From a virus (taxonomy: Duplodnaviria; Caudoviricetes): DNA of 25,254 nucleotides. Positions within the stretch are counted from its first letter, which is position 1, and each line of letters opens with the position of its first letter. Location of the stretch: positions 1 through 25,254 of IMG/VR virus record IMGVR_UViG_3300032373_001188. The stretch is one strand, 5' to 3'. Shown here one piece after another: positions 16,559 to 25,254 of the stretch. Below the pieces are notes generated by a model. The model saw only the letters and a program-made list of their open reading frames with translations. It was not told the origin of the DNA and did not search any database. A program made the translations under genes and the position numbers.

Positions 16559-16906
16559 ATGGCTGGACTTTTAGGCACCACGGAGGCGGTGTTACAACGA
16601 AAAACCCTTTTTGCTCAATCAAACTACGGGCCGGTGCAACAGGACGGCGTCATTACAGGCGGGCCTTACTTGAGGGGGCAGGTGTTGGGTCTGATCACGG
16701 CGAACGGGCAATACACCGCTTATAACAATGCGGCGGTCGACGGTACTGAGGTTGCGGCTGCGGTGTTGATCGAAGACGCCGATGGTTCGGTTGCTGTGGT
16801 CAACGCCGAAGTGGGCGTTGTTGGTGTGTTGATCGAAGCAAATTTAATCGGGCTTGATGCCGCTGGTAAAGTCGATTTATCGGCAGCCGGCTTCTTCTTT
16901 AAATAG
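16559..16906 (+). CDS. Head decoration protein (lambda D-like)
   Basis: AGGAGG RBS; RGQVLG.ITA.G.Y......DG.EVA.AVL..D pattern; upstream of the capsid gene. Confidence 0.85.
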   Translation: MAGLLGTTEAVLQRKTLFAQSNYGPVQQDGVITGGPYLRGQVLGLITANGQYTAYNNAAVDGTEVAAAVLIEDADGSVAVVNAEVGVVGVLIEANLIGLDAAGKVDLSAAGFFFK

Positions 16907-16912
16907 GAAAAC

Positions 16913-17245
16913 ATGACCATTGAATACAACAAAGCTTTCCCTTCCACGGTCATCCCAAGGCGGGTAGAGAGCAAGTTAAAGCCAGGTATGATCTTGGCTC
17001 GGGACGATAAAGGCTGTCTGGTTCAGTACAAGGCCGCTAACAAATTGGGTCCAACAACGATCCTGGTGTCAAAACCGGAAGAAGGCATGGCCAGGGTTGG
17101 CTTTGCGGGAGTGTATTACGCCGAAGAGCTTTTGCTTGATGGATGCCAGCCGGACACCTTAGGTCGACTGGAAGCCCGGGGGATTCATGTGATGACCCGA
17201 GGTGGCAAAGAGCTGGATGCCCCTAAAGCAAAAGAAAAGAAATAA
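16913..17245 (+). CDS. Second, divergent head decoration-like protein
   Basis: LKPGMILAR...G.LV.Y, IL, GVY..E.L and LEARGI parallel the decoration pattern. Confidence 0.6.
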   Translation: MTIEYNKAFPSTVIPRRVESKLKPGMILARDDKGCLVQYKAANKLGPTTILVSKPEEGMARVGFAGVYYAEELLLDGCQPDTLGRLEARGIHVMTRGGKELDAPKAKEKK

Positions 17246-17282
17246 AAGGCTGCATAAGAGCCAGCCAAGCAAAAGATAAACA

Positions 17283-17303
17283 GCACTCAAGGATGTTGAG
17301 TGC
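17283..17303 (+). promoter_or_regulatory. Hairpin in the capsid gene leader
   Basis: GCACTCAA-GGATG-TTGAGTGC perfect 8-bp stem, 18 nt before the capsid ATG. Confidence 0.55.
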
Positions 17304-17321
17304 GCAACCCTAGGATACCAT

Positions 17322-18314
17322 ATGGACGACCTCTTTAAAACCCGGGCGTTAACCGGGGCATTGAATCAGCTCAGACCTGCACCGACCCTTATTTTGGATC
17401 GTGTATTCAAGAGAAAAGAACCACAGCTTACGGACCGGTTCGCCTGGGATATTCAGACTCAATCCGAAGGGATTATGCCGAATATCTCAGTCTATGCGGA
17501 AGCCAGTGTGTCAGACAACGAAGGTATGAAGACCGTGACCTGTCAAAGTCCAAGGTTTTCTGAGAAGCGGATGATCAGTGCTGCTGATCTCAATGGCATG
17601 AGGGCTTTCGGATCGCAGGTTTCTGTCCAGCTTTTGACTACAAAAATTGGAGCTGTGCTTGCGAGCCTGAAGCGAAAAGCTGATATCACCCGTGAGTTTC
17701 AGGCTGCAATGTGCCTCAGCGGCAAGGTTGTGGATGCAAAAGGCGTCGTCCTTGTTGACTACGGTTTCAGTGCTGCGCAAAAGCCGGTCCTGACTTTAAC
17801 AAACAGATGGAGTGACCCAGCCAGTGACCCGCTCAAAGACATTCGGGGTTGGAAAAAGCTCATTGGCCAAGCGGCAGGGAACGTGAGTCAGTATGTTGCC
17901 TTCGTTGGCACTGACGTGATGGACGCCTTGATGAATCATACCAAAGTGCTTGAGCTGCTGAAGTATACCCACGGCAAAGAGACAGCAGAAGAAGGCCGGA
18001 TCATCAATCTAGCTGGTGTCGAGCTGGTTGAGTATCAAGGCAGTTACATTGACTCAAACGGCGCACGGCAAGACCTTGTTCCTCCGACACATTTCAGGAT
18101 GATCGGTTTGACTGGAGACCATGGAGCTGAGCTATTTGCCCCTGTTGTTGACTTGGAATCTCCAAACGGGGTTGGCATGGGCAAGCCAGGCGATATGTTC
18201 TTCTCAAAAAGCTGGCTGGTTAAAGATCCATCGGGCCGGTGGATCAAGGTTGAAGTCAGACCTTTGCCGGTCTTGATGCGGCCTGAGTGTGTGATTGACG
18301 CAACTCCGGTGTAA
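17322..18314 (+). CDS. Major capsid protein (lambda E-like family)
   Basis: F..R.LT.A.N, TREFQAA..L.GK, VDYG, W.....DPL.DI..W, FFSKSW...DPSG.WI..E.RPLPV motifs; 330 aa. Confidence 0.92.
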   Translation: MDDLFKTRALTGALNQLRPAPTLILDRVFKRKEPQLTDRFAWDIQTQSEGIMPNISVYAEASVSDNEGMKTVTCQSPRFSEKRMISAADLNGMRAFGSQVSVQLLTTKIGAVLASLKRKADITREFQAAMCLSGKVVDAKGVVLVDYGFSAAQKPVLTLTNRWSDPASDPLKDIRGWKKLIGQAAGNVSQYVAFVGTDVMDALMNHTKVLELLKYTHGKETAEEGRIINLAGVELVEYQGSYIDSNGARQDLVPPTHFRMIGLTGDHGAELFAPVVDLESPNGVGMGKPGDMFFSKSWLVKDPSGRWIKVEVRPLPVLMRPECVIDATPV

Positions 18315-18317
18315 TCC

Positions 18318-18749
18318 ATGAGCTACTCTACCCTGTTCCACATCCAACAGTTAGTCAGTGATGAAGAGTTGATCCAGTTGACTGACGATCAAGGTCTGGC
18401 GATCAATCAACCGGTCTTAGATGCTGCGATCGGAAGGGTGGATGAGCGGATTGATGGTTATTTAGCTAATCTAGCGCCGGTGCCGGTTTCTCCGGTGCCG
18501 GCGCTGATCACGCAGTACTCGGCCAAGTTGACCCTGGCTGAGTTGTATTTTCGGCGGTCTTCAGCGAGTTTGCCGGAGTTTTTGGCGAAGGAGCGAGCGG
18601 ATATTTTGAAGCATCTGGACGAACTGGCCAAAGGTAAAGCGAAGTTGGTTGGTTTGGTTTTGCCAGCCGGCCAGACGGCCACAACCCTTGCAAAGGTGGT
18701 GGCTCCAGGGTCGGAGTGTTACCCAATCAACAAGCTATCGGAGTTTTAG
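18318..18749 (+). CDS. Head-tail adaptor (Mu gp36 / DUF1320)
   Basis: MSY.T, LIQLTD, AI......IDGYL, PVP.LI, LY.RR, L..LAKGK..L motifs. Confidence 0.9.
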   Translation: MSYSTLFHIQQLVSDEELIQLTDDQGLAINQPVLDAAIGRVDERIDGYLANLAPVPVSPVPALITQYSAKLTLAELYFRRSSASLPEFLAKERADILKHLDELAKGKAKLVGLVLPAGQTATTLAKVVAPGSECYPINKLSEF

Positions 18750-19241
18750 ATGGCTGAGCTGAGTTTAGAAGGTGGAGCGGCTCTTGGGGTCGCTTTACAA
18801 GAGTTTCTAGATCAGTTCGCTGGCAATGAACGGCGGCTGCTTAAGTCGCTGGGGGTCGGTCTTGTGGAAGTCGCAAGGGACCACTTCAAAGCGGAGGAAG
18901 CACCGGACGGTAGTCCCTGGTTGAAGTCGAGGAGAGCGGACGGCAAACTCAAAACACTGCAAGACAGCCGGGTTTTATACAACAGTCTGGTCTGGAGGAT
19001 TGACGAGTCTGGGGATCTGGTTGTGGGGAGTCCGCTGGAATATGCGGCGATCCATAATTATGGTGGTGAGATTCGGCCTAGGCCAGAGTCTGGAAAAAAA
19101 AGCCTGCATTTTGGGGGTGTCATGGTCCAAAAGGTGGTGATGCCGAAACGGCAGTTTTTAGGTTGGGGTAAGGACGAGGAAGGGGCGATCAGGTCTGACT
19201 TGGCCGCCTTGGCTCGATCATTATCCAAAGGGGCTAGATGA
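18750..19241 (+). CDS. Virion morphogenesis protein (Mu gpG-like)
   Basis: F..E.APDG.PW..S, L.DS..L.NS, VGS..EYAAIHNYGG, MPKRQFLG motifs. Confidence 0.9.
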   Translation: MAELSLEGGAALGVALQEFLDQFAGNERRLLKSLGVGLVEVARDHFKAEEAPDGSPWLKSRRADGKLKTLQDSRVLYNSLVWRIDESGDLVVGSPLEYAAIHNYGGEIRPRPESGKKSLHFGGVMVQKVVMPKRQFLGWGKDEEGAIRSDLAALARSLSKGAR

Positions 19242-19648
19242 TCAAAGGACTTCAAGATGAGGTGATTGTCCGGCTGAAAGCGGCGTTGCCTGGGGTCAAG
19301 GTTGAGCCTTTCCCTGACCGACCTGAAGCGGCGATGATGACTGGGGCGAAGGGCAGCGTTTTTGTGCATTACTTAGGTACAGAGTATCTTAACCCGGACG
19401 AAATCGGGCCTGCTGCGGACCCTGCGGATTATCCGGTTGGGTCGGCAGTTAAGTTGGAGATCCTGGTTGCGTCGCTTGGGATTAATGGTGGGGGCGGCGG
19501 CTTGGTGTTGATCGAGTCTGTTGTGAGTCAGTTATCTGGCTGGAGGCCTGGAGGGTTTTTAGAGATGCAGCCATTATTTAGCAAGCTATCTGGCCGAGAG
19601 GGAAACCTTTGGCTGTACAGCGCACAGTTTAGTGTCATCAAGAACTAG
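19238..19648 (+). CDS. Tail terminator-like protein (Mu gp37)
   Basis: ATGA overlap; I..RLK..LP...VE.FPD.P, V.V.Y.G..Y, L.GWRP, W.Y...F motifs. Confidence 0.82.
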   Translation: MIKGLQDEVIVRLKAALPGVKVEPFPDRPEAAMMTGAKGSVFVHYLGTEYLNPDEIGPAADPADYPVGSAVKLEILVASLGINGGGGGLVLIESVVSQLSGWRPGGFLEMQPLFSKLSGREGNLWLYSAQFSVIKN

Positions 19649-19661
19649 TATAGGAGAATCG

Positions 19662-20822
19662 ATGATCGCAAGGAAGACAGACCAACTGGTCTTTATGATG
19701 AAAGAGGTCACAGAGGGCACGTTGGTATATCCGACGACTGCGGATTGTGTCCCGGTGGTTGGTGGTATCAAGGCCACTCAGGCCCCGGGCTACTCAAACA
19801 GCCCTGAAATGCAGGATTCCAGAGGGGTATCTGCCCGTTTCCAGGATGGTTTGGCAGCCGGTGACTTCACCGCCGATATCGTTTTGCGGCCAGCCGCTGC
19901 CGGGACGGCACCGGTGGCAGCACCTTTGTTTAACAGCTTAATGGGCACTGAAACGGTGAACGCTGGGGTTGATGTCACATACAGCCAGGCCAAAACCCGG
20001 CCTAGCCTCAGTTTGGTCTACCGCAAAGGTCATGCGGTCCATTGGGTCAGCGGGGCGAAGGTTGCGGATATGAAGTTGAGCTTGGGCGACAAAAAAGGAC
20101 CTGCTCAGGTTCAGTTTTCGGGTAAATTCCTCAAGAAAATCACTGCTGGCGACGATGTTGTCACCGTGATCGCTGCAGAGCTCCAGGCGGCGGTGACGGT
20201 GACGGAAGCCAAGCGGTATATGGTTGGTGCTAGAATATATTGCCCTGCAAATGCCGCCAACGGCGGTGCTGCTGACGACAATGCTGGTGCTGGTTATCTT
20301 GTGATTTCTGTGGATACCGCACAAAATCAGCTGATTTTAGGGACTCATCTAGCGTATAATTGGGCAGTCGGTGAGGAAGTGAAAGGGTTTTTGCCTGCTG
20401 GTCAAACCCTCGGCACCCCGCTGGAAAAGCGGCATGCTGTGGTTTCCTTTGGTGGAGTTGAAGGCGCTGTGACTGGTTTTGATGCCACTTTGTCAGATGC
20501 GGTCCAGCCCATTGAGGACGAAATCACCAGCAATCCATACCCCACCGAATCAGTCGAAGGGGAGCGCAAGGTTACTGGGTCATACAAGGTATATTTTCGC
20601 AGGGACCGGAGCGACGAGTTGATCGCCGATAACGCCGGGACGGAGCGGCCTATTGTGGTGACCCTGGGGCTTGCTGCTGGGCGTCAGATGATTTTGACCA
20701 TGCCACGGGTACCCATGGAGGTAGCTCAGGAAGAGGAAAACGGACCTACGCTGGTGCTAGCAAATAACTTTGAAGCTTTGGAAACCAGCGGCAACGATTC
20801 AGCCACTTTAAAATTCACCTAA
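19662..20822 (+). CDS. Major tail tube protein with inserted beta domain
   Basis: AGGAG RBS before ATG 19662; KEVTEGT, PSLSL...G.KV....LS...QFSG and G.RKVTGS..VYF tube-like strands; no sheath motifs. Confidence 0.75.
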   Translation: MIARKTDQLVFMMKEVTEGTLVYPTTADCVPVVGGIKATQAPGYSNSPEMQDSRGVSARFQDGLAAGDFTADIVLRPAAAGTAPVAAPLFNSLMGTETVNAGVDVTYSQAKTRPSLSLVYRKGHAVHWVSGAKVADMKLSLGDKKGPAQVQFSGKFLKKITAGDDVVTVIAAELQAAVTVTEAKRYMVGARIYCPANAANGGAADDNAGAGYLVISVDTAQNQLILGTHLAYNWAVGEEVKGFLPAGQTLGTPLEKRHAVVSFGGVEGAVTGFDATLSDAVQPIEDEITSNPYPTESVEGERKVTGSYKVYFRRDRSDELIADNAGTERPIVVTLGLAAGRQMILTMPRVPMEVAQEEENGPTLVLANNFEALETSGNDSATLKFT

Positions 20823-20847
20823 CGTTTAAACGAAAAAAAGGAACCTT

Positions 20848-21225
20848 ATGTTGTGCTTAAGAACCGAGTCAAACGAATTCACCACAGAAATCACCGTCGA
20901 CGGTGAAACGATCAAAGTTACTTTGATGCCCATGCTTCGCTCTGAGATGCAGGATCTGGTGAAGCGATACACAAAAAAAGACTGGAAGAATCACCAAAAA
21001 AGCGAGGTGACCAATTGGGACGAGGTCGCAAGGGAAAGGTACATGGGGGCTTTAAAAGGCTGGGAAGGGGTTGTTGATAACAAAGGCCAGGAGCTTAAGT
21101 GTGACGACCAAACCAAGGCCGTCGTCTATCAGTTAAACCCTGATTTTGTTGCTGCAGTACTGGACGCCACCGACAGCCACCAAGAACTTGAAAAAACCGC
21201 AGCTGAGGAAGAGCAGGGAAACTAG
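20848..21225 (+). CDS. Tail assembly chaperone (lambda G-like)
   Basis: Between tube and tape measure; LKGWEGV.D..G..L motif; ends ...EQGN at the slippery site. Confidence 0.85.
   Translation: MLCLRTESNEFTTEITVDGETIKVTLMPMLRSEMQDLVKRYTKKDWKNHQKSEVTNWDEVARERYMGALKGWEGVVDNKGQELKCDDQTKAVVYQLNPDFVAAVLDATDSHQELEKTAAEEEQGN
21216..21222 (+). promoter_or_regulatory. Programmed -1 ribosomal frameshift site G GGA AAC
   Basis: In-frame X XXY YYZ heptamer just before TAG; the -1 frame is open to 21566. Confidence 0.85.
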
Positions 21226-21566
21226 AAACATGGGCGGACTGGCACTATGACACCGAACAGCCAGACTGCCCAGAGTGTTTCGACGTGTACCAGGGCGAGC
21301 CTCCCTGTGAAACCTGTCCGTTCTACGGGGTCAACGAGCGTTTTGCTGCTTATTTTGGCCCTGCTTACGGGTTTTGGGTTGATCTAGGTAGCACTCGCCC
21401 TGTCGGGTTTGGGTTGGGGATGATTCCGGCCCATGCAGCGGCGCAATATTTGGCGTTACTGGACGAGAGTAGGGAGACTCTGGCCAAGGTCCTGCTGATC
21501 GATCGAGCTTTGTATCCCCATTTGGTCAAACAATCAGAATCAAAAGAGGGAGAGGACGATGTCTAG
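21219..21566 (+). CDS. Frameshift extension of the chaperone (GT-like) with CxxC-x9-CxxC
   Basis: The -1 frame reads KLETWADWHYDTEQPDCPECFDVYQGEPPCETCPFY...TRPVGFGLGMIP; no convincing RBS of its own. Confidence 0.78.
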   Translation, partial: KLETWADWHYDTEQPDCPECFDVYQGEPPCETCPFYGVNERFAAYFGPAYGFWVDLGSTRPVGFGLGMIPAHAAAQYLALLDESRETLAKVLLIDRALYPHLVKQSESKEGEDDV

Positions 21567-24500
21567 TGCCAAGATGACAGCAAAGCTGGTCTTAGAAACC
21601 GGAGAATTTGTAGGCGGTACTAAGCTTGCGGGCAATGCGGTTTCTCTGATGCAATCTGGGCTCAAAGGCTTAGAGGGGCAAGTCAAGCTGACCGCTGATG
21701 CCCAGGCCAAAATGACCGAGGTTGCAAAAAAGCAAGAGGCTCTGGCCAACTCGGTCCGGTCTTTCGATCAGCTATCAAAAAGCATGGGCCTGTCTGGCCG
21801 TGAAGCAGCACGATTTGGTCGGCAAATCGGTGTCAGTGAAAAAACCCTCAAATCATGGAAGCAACAAGCCGGTCAAGCAAGCGGTCAGGCAAACAAGTTG
21901 ACCGACTCGATCAAGCGGATCGCCGCTGTGGCCGGCCTGGGTTCCTTGGGTGTTGGTCTCACTAAGCTGACTAACGACAGCCTCTCAGCGGCTACACTTT
22001 ATGATTCCTCCCTGCGTTCGATGGTCAAGGTCACTGACGAATCATCGGCTCAGATCGACGTTAAGATGCAATCGCTCAGCCCGAAACTAGGTAACCTGGC
22101 GGAACTGACCTCGGCTTATTACCAGTCAATCAGTGCTGGGGCTAAAGACGCCATGGATATGGTGGTGGTGGCTAGTCAGACCAGTGTTGCGGCTGCCGAC
22201 GATGTCAACAAGGTCTATGTCACCCAAGGGGAGGCGATCAAGGCGATCAGCAAGGCGATGAACGCTTATGGCGACGAGATTAAGAGCGCTGGGCAGGTTT
22301 CTGACTGGATGTTTAAGGTTGAAAAGCTCGGCCAGACCTCGGTGGGCGAGTTGGTCCCTTACTTGGGCGAAGTTGGCTCTGTCGCCAAGGCGGCAGGGGT
22401 GCATTTTAACGACCTCGGCGGCTCGATCGCAACCATCACCCAGACAGCCGGGACCACCGGAGTCGGTATCACTCAGCTTAAAGCGTTATTCCTCGAAATG
22501 ATCAAGCCTGCTGGGGCACTGAGCAAGACCCTGAAAGGGATCGGTGTTTCTACCGGTAAGGAATTGATCGATAAATTTGGACTGGTTGGGGCGATTAAGA
22601 AGCTTAAGGTTGCGGCGGGGCCCAAAGGATTGATGGGCATTTTTGGCAGCTCGGAAGCGGGGCAAGCAGCTCAGGCGTTGGCAGCCAATCTAGACGTTGT
22701 TGCGCAAAAAACCAAAGAGGTTGCCCAGGCTGAAGGCTCTCGCCTGAAGGCTTTCGAGGCCAGGAGTCAGGGGATGGCTGGCCGGGCCAAGGAGCTGGAG
22801 AATATTATCTTCAAAGCGGAAGCCCAAATCGGGACAGCTTTGGATCCAATCAGGGCGAAGTTTTACCAGGATTTTGCCAACTTCCTGTCCCAAAACGTGG
22901 GAGGCATCCAGGGATTCGCACAGACCATGGCCGAGTTGGCGAAGAGTACCTATGAGCTAGGCCGGGCCTTGGCTCCAATCGCACCCTATTTGGCCGAATT
23001 GTTTGTGATCAAAAAAATCACGGGGTTTGCGTTGGCTGCGCAGGCTGCTTTTACAGGCATGGAGATCGCTACAAAAGGCTTGACGTTCGCCTTGAAGGGG
23101 ATGATGTCGGCCACCGGTATCGGGCTGGCTGCTTTGGCGGCCATTGAGGTCGGCAAGTTTGCGTTGGATAAATATGACAAAGAGATGGAGCGGCGCAAGA
23201 AGAGCTTGACTGCCTTTCAGGCTGCAGACCGGGCGAAGACCGTGGAGGCGATGGGACGGCAGGACTTTGCGGATAAATACAAGGGTATGTCGTCAAAAAA
23301 GCTTGCTAGAGAGCTGCATATGACCAACAAGGCAATGCGGCTTTCGAACAACTCGAAAGAGATGCATGACCTGCAAATGCGATCGAAGTTTTTGCAAACG
23401 ACGATTGATGCTTATAAAAACGGTTTGGTGCCTACCTTAGAGGCAATCGGGATCAAACATGAAGTGGCGGTGGAGCTGTCCAAGAAGCAGTTGAAGCTGG
23501 TTCAACTGCGTGTTGAAGCTCAGAGAATGCCGATAAAACCTCATACAACGCATAAACTCACTCAGCCTAAGAGTTTGGTTGCCAGTACTCCGACGGACTA
23601 TGCTCTTGCAGCACGGAAAGCAAGGGCGAAGAGCGAAATCAAAAGGCTGCAGGATCTTTACAATGGTTCAGTGTTAGATAGCCACGCACGTTATACTCGT
23701 GACCTAAAACAAGCGCACCAAGAAGCTTTGCAAATGGTGTCCAAGCTGGGGCCGGAAGCGGCGAAGGAATATGAAGCGAGTCGAAAGCTTTCTCTGGCAG
23801 TCGACCATGGGGACGTCTCGGGGGCCAGACAACAGGGCGCAGACTTGGGGCAGTTAGGCAAGACGATCAGTAATGGGATCAGCCAATCGGGGTTTATGCA
23901 GGCAGGCCAAGGGATCATGAGCGCTGCCTCCTCGATGACCTCGATGATCACCATGATCCCCCAGATGGTGACCCAAGTCATGGGTATGGTGGACCAGATT
24001 TTGAGTTCTTGGGGAAAGATCGGGTCACAGGTAGGGCAGTGGGTGAAACAACTTCCGACAGCTCTGATGAACGCCATCCATGGATTGGCCGACATTATTA
24101 TTGTCTTCTTTGAGGACATTGCGTTTGGGAAGCTTGAAGCCGCAATTATCAAAGGGTTGGTTTCCGGTCTGGATGCGGCTTTTAACACCTTGTTTAATGG
24201 AGCCCCAAGGGCGCAATCTGAAACTCAGACCAAGGCCTTAGAAAGCCTAGCTAAAAGCATCGGTGGCTGGATCACAGATCAAAACCGCAAAGACTGGGGG
24301 GCGGGAGACTGGACAGCAGAATACAAACGGCTTGAATCAGAAAAATTATCGCTCAATAAGGGGTCTGCTGACTATTGGGACCAATACATTAAACTTGGGA
24401 AACAGCAGTTTGAGACCCTCAAGAAGATCCAACAAACTGCTGAGCAGTCGGCTAGTACGCTGAAAGGGGTTTTGGGTACGTTGCAAACCACCTTGGATCA

Positions 24501-25254
24501 GATCACCGGGGCTCAGTACAACCCAGAGGGGTTGGATTTTGCGGGGCAAGCGAAGAAGTTTGCCACGTTGCTCAGCGCCGCCAAGGAAACCGGAGTGAGC
24601 GCTGATGAGCGAAAGAAGCGGGTCGGCGAGTTGACCCAGTTTTCGACCGGCTACTTGGATAATGCCAAGGCTCAGCTCCGCAGCTCTGCGGGGTATAAGG
24701 ACGTATATGACGCCGTGGTGTCTGGTCTTGAAGGGGCCAAGACTTTGGTCGCTGGTGAGCTGAGCTCAATCAACGATCAGCAGGGTCAATTCAGCGTTTT
24801 AGGTGAAGCCCAGAGTTTACAAACCGAGACTCAGTCGCAGGTAAAAGTTGTTGGAGAAGAGGAAGGCATTTTTAGCCAGATCGCCAAGACACTGACCTGG
24901 ATATGGGAGATGGTCACCAATATAGATGGGGGCATCAAGACCTTAACTGGAATTTATCATGGGGCGATCCGGTTTTTGAGTGATATCTATACGAAAGTAA
25001 TTGCGTTTGGGCAGGGGTTTTACGATACTTTACTGACAATCCCTGAGGCACTGTATGACGGGGTTAAAAATCTATGGGACAGTGCGTGGAAGTCTGTGGC
25101 TGGTATTGGGACTGTGTTTTATGGGCAGCTCCGGGCCTTCTTTAATCCCTATCTAAAAATCATCGGTCAGGCGATAGGCGGAATTTACAACGTTATTTTG
25201 GGTGTTAAAAGCGCTGTTGATGGCGCTTTAGTCGCCCTTTATGACTTACCAAAT
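21559..25254 (+). CDS. Tail tape measure protein (TP901-like core), truncated by the window end (at least 1232 codons)
   Basis: GAGG-rich RBS, ATG 21559 (MSSAKMTAKLVLETGEF). Absent from the ORF track, consistent with no stop in the window; frame checked at both ends. Core motifs AYYQSISAG, MNAYG, FKVEKLGQTSVGEL; aromatic periodic repeats near 24900-25254. Confidence 0.92.
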   Translation, partial: MSSAKMTAKLVLETGEFVGGTKLAGNAVSLMQSGLKGLEGQVKLTADAQAKMTEVAKKQEALANSVRSFDQLSKSMGLSGREAARFGRQIGVSEKTLKSWKQQAGQASGQANKLTDSIKRIAAVAGLGSLGVGLTKLTNDSLSAATLYDSSLRSMVKVTDESSAQIDVKMQSLSPKLGNLAELTSAYYQSISAGAKDAMDMVVVASQTSVAAADDVNKVYVTQGEAIKAISKAMNAYGDEIKSAGQVSDWMFKVEKLGQTSVGELVPYLGEVGSVAKAAGVHFNDLGGSIATITQTAGTTGVGITQLKALFLEMIKPAGALSKTLKGIGVSTGKELIDKFGLVGAIKKLKVAAGPKGLMGIFGSSEAGQAAQALAANLDVVAQKTKEVAQAEGSRLKAFEARSQGMAGRAKELENIIFKAEAQIGTALDPIRAKFYQDFANFLSQNVGGIQGFAQTMAELAKSTYELGRALAPIAPYLAELFVIKKITGFALAAQAAFTGMEIATKGLTFALKGMMSATGIGLAALAAIEVGKFALDKYDKEMERRKKSLTAFQAADRAKTVEAMGRQDFADKYKGMSSKKLARELHMTNKAMRLSNNSKEMHDLQMRSKFLQTTIDAYKNGLVPTLEAIGIKHEVAVELSKKQLKLVQLRVEAQRMPIKPHTTHKLTQPKSLVASTPTDYALAARKARAKSEIKRLQDLYNGSVLDSHARYTRDLKQAHQEALQMVSKLGPEAAKEYEASRKLSLAVDHGDVSGARQQGADLGQLGKTISNGISQSGFMQAGQGIMSAASSMTSMITMIPQMVTQVMGMVDQILSSWGKIGSQVGQWVKQLPTALMNAIHGLADIIIVFFEDIAFGKLEAAIIKGLVSGLDAAFNTLFNGAPRAQSETQTKALESLAKSIGGWITDQNRKDWGAGDWTAEYKRLESEKLSLNKGSADYWDQYIKLGKQQFETLKKIQQTAEQSASTLKGVLGTLQTTLDQITGAQYNPEGLDFAGQAKKFATLLSAAKETGVSADERKKRVGELTQFSTGYLDNAKAQLRSSAGYKDVYDAVVSGLEGAKTLVAGELSSINDQQGQFSVLGEAQSLQTETQSQVKVVGEEEGIFSQIAKTLTWIWEMVTNIDGGIKTLTGIYHGAIRFLSDIYTKVIAFGQGFYDTLLTIPEALYDGVKNLWDSAWKSVAGIGTVFYGQLRAFFNPYLKIIGQAIGGIYNVILGVKSAVDGALVALYDLPN

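Larger units (their letters stand above)
1..25254 (+). mobile_element. Mu-like transposable (pro)phage, internal segment, predicted non-contractile (sipho-type) tail
   Basis: Gene order: DDE transposase, AAA+ ATPase, GemA, Mor, DUF1804, TerL, portal, MuF, protease I, capsid, gp36, gpG, gp37, tube, chaperone, tape measure. No host genes or element ends are visible. Confidence 0.96.

Noticed and set aside
20823-20832. Palindrome CGTTTAAACG after the tube gene
   Set aside because: Ten-bp palindromes are expected by chance in 25 kb; no other support.
21540-24769. Apparent gene-poor region with small ORFs in the ORF track
   Set aside because: Artefact: the region is the tape measure ORF from 21559, unlisted because it has no stop within the window.
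1-25254. CRISPR arrays, tRNAs, DGR/reverse transcriptase, invertase, Mu end repeats
   Set aside because: None seen by eye; the genome ends and tail-fibre region lie outside the window.

Overview
The whole window is an internal segment of a Mu-like transposable (pro)phage; neither genome end nor the repressor is included. The left part (1-9193) is one tightly coupled + strand operon: MuA-type DDE transposase, MuB-type AAA+ ATPase, a GemA-like gene, a DnaC/IstB-like AAA+ protein with eroded Walker motifs, DUF3164, a T4-type lysozyme with a duplicated C-lobe, a Mor-like activator, then accessory genes (Zn-ribbon, HD hydrolase, DUF2786). A reverse-strand lipoprotein moron and an AT-rich control region (9660-9960) follow. 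The late operon has two membrane proteins, DUF1804/TerL, portal, MuF with a C-terminal BECR-like nuclease domain, protease/scaffold, two decoration paralogues, a lambda-E-type capsid, neck genes, a sheath-less tail tube, a chaperone with a GGGAAAC -1 frameshift site, and a tape measure gene running off the window. The best candidate new system is the MuF-fused putative RNase, which has no immunity ORF but is followed directly by a compact structured non-coding element. All family calls come from motif recognition by eye, not from database searches.
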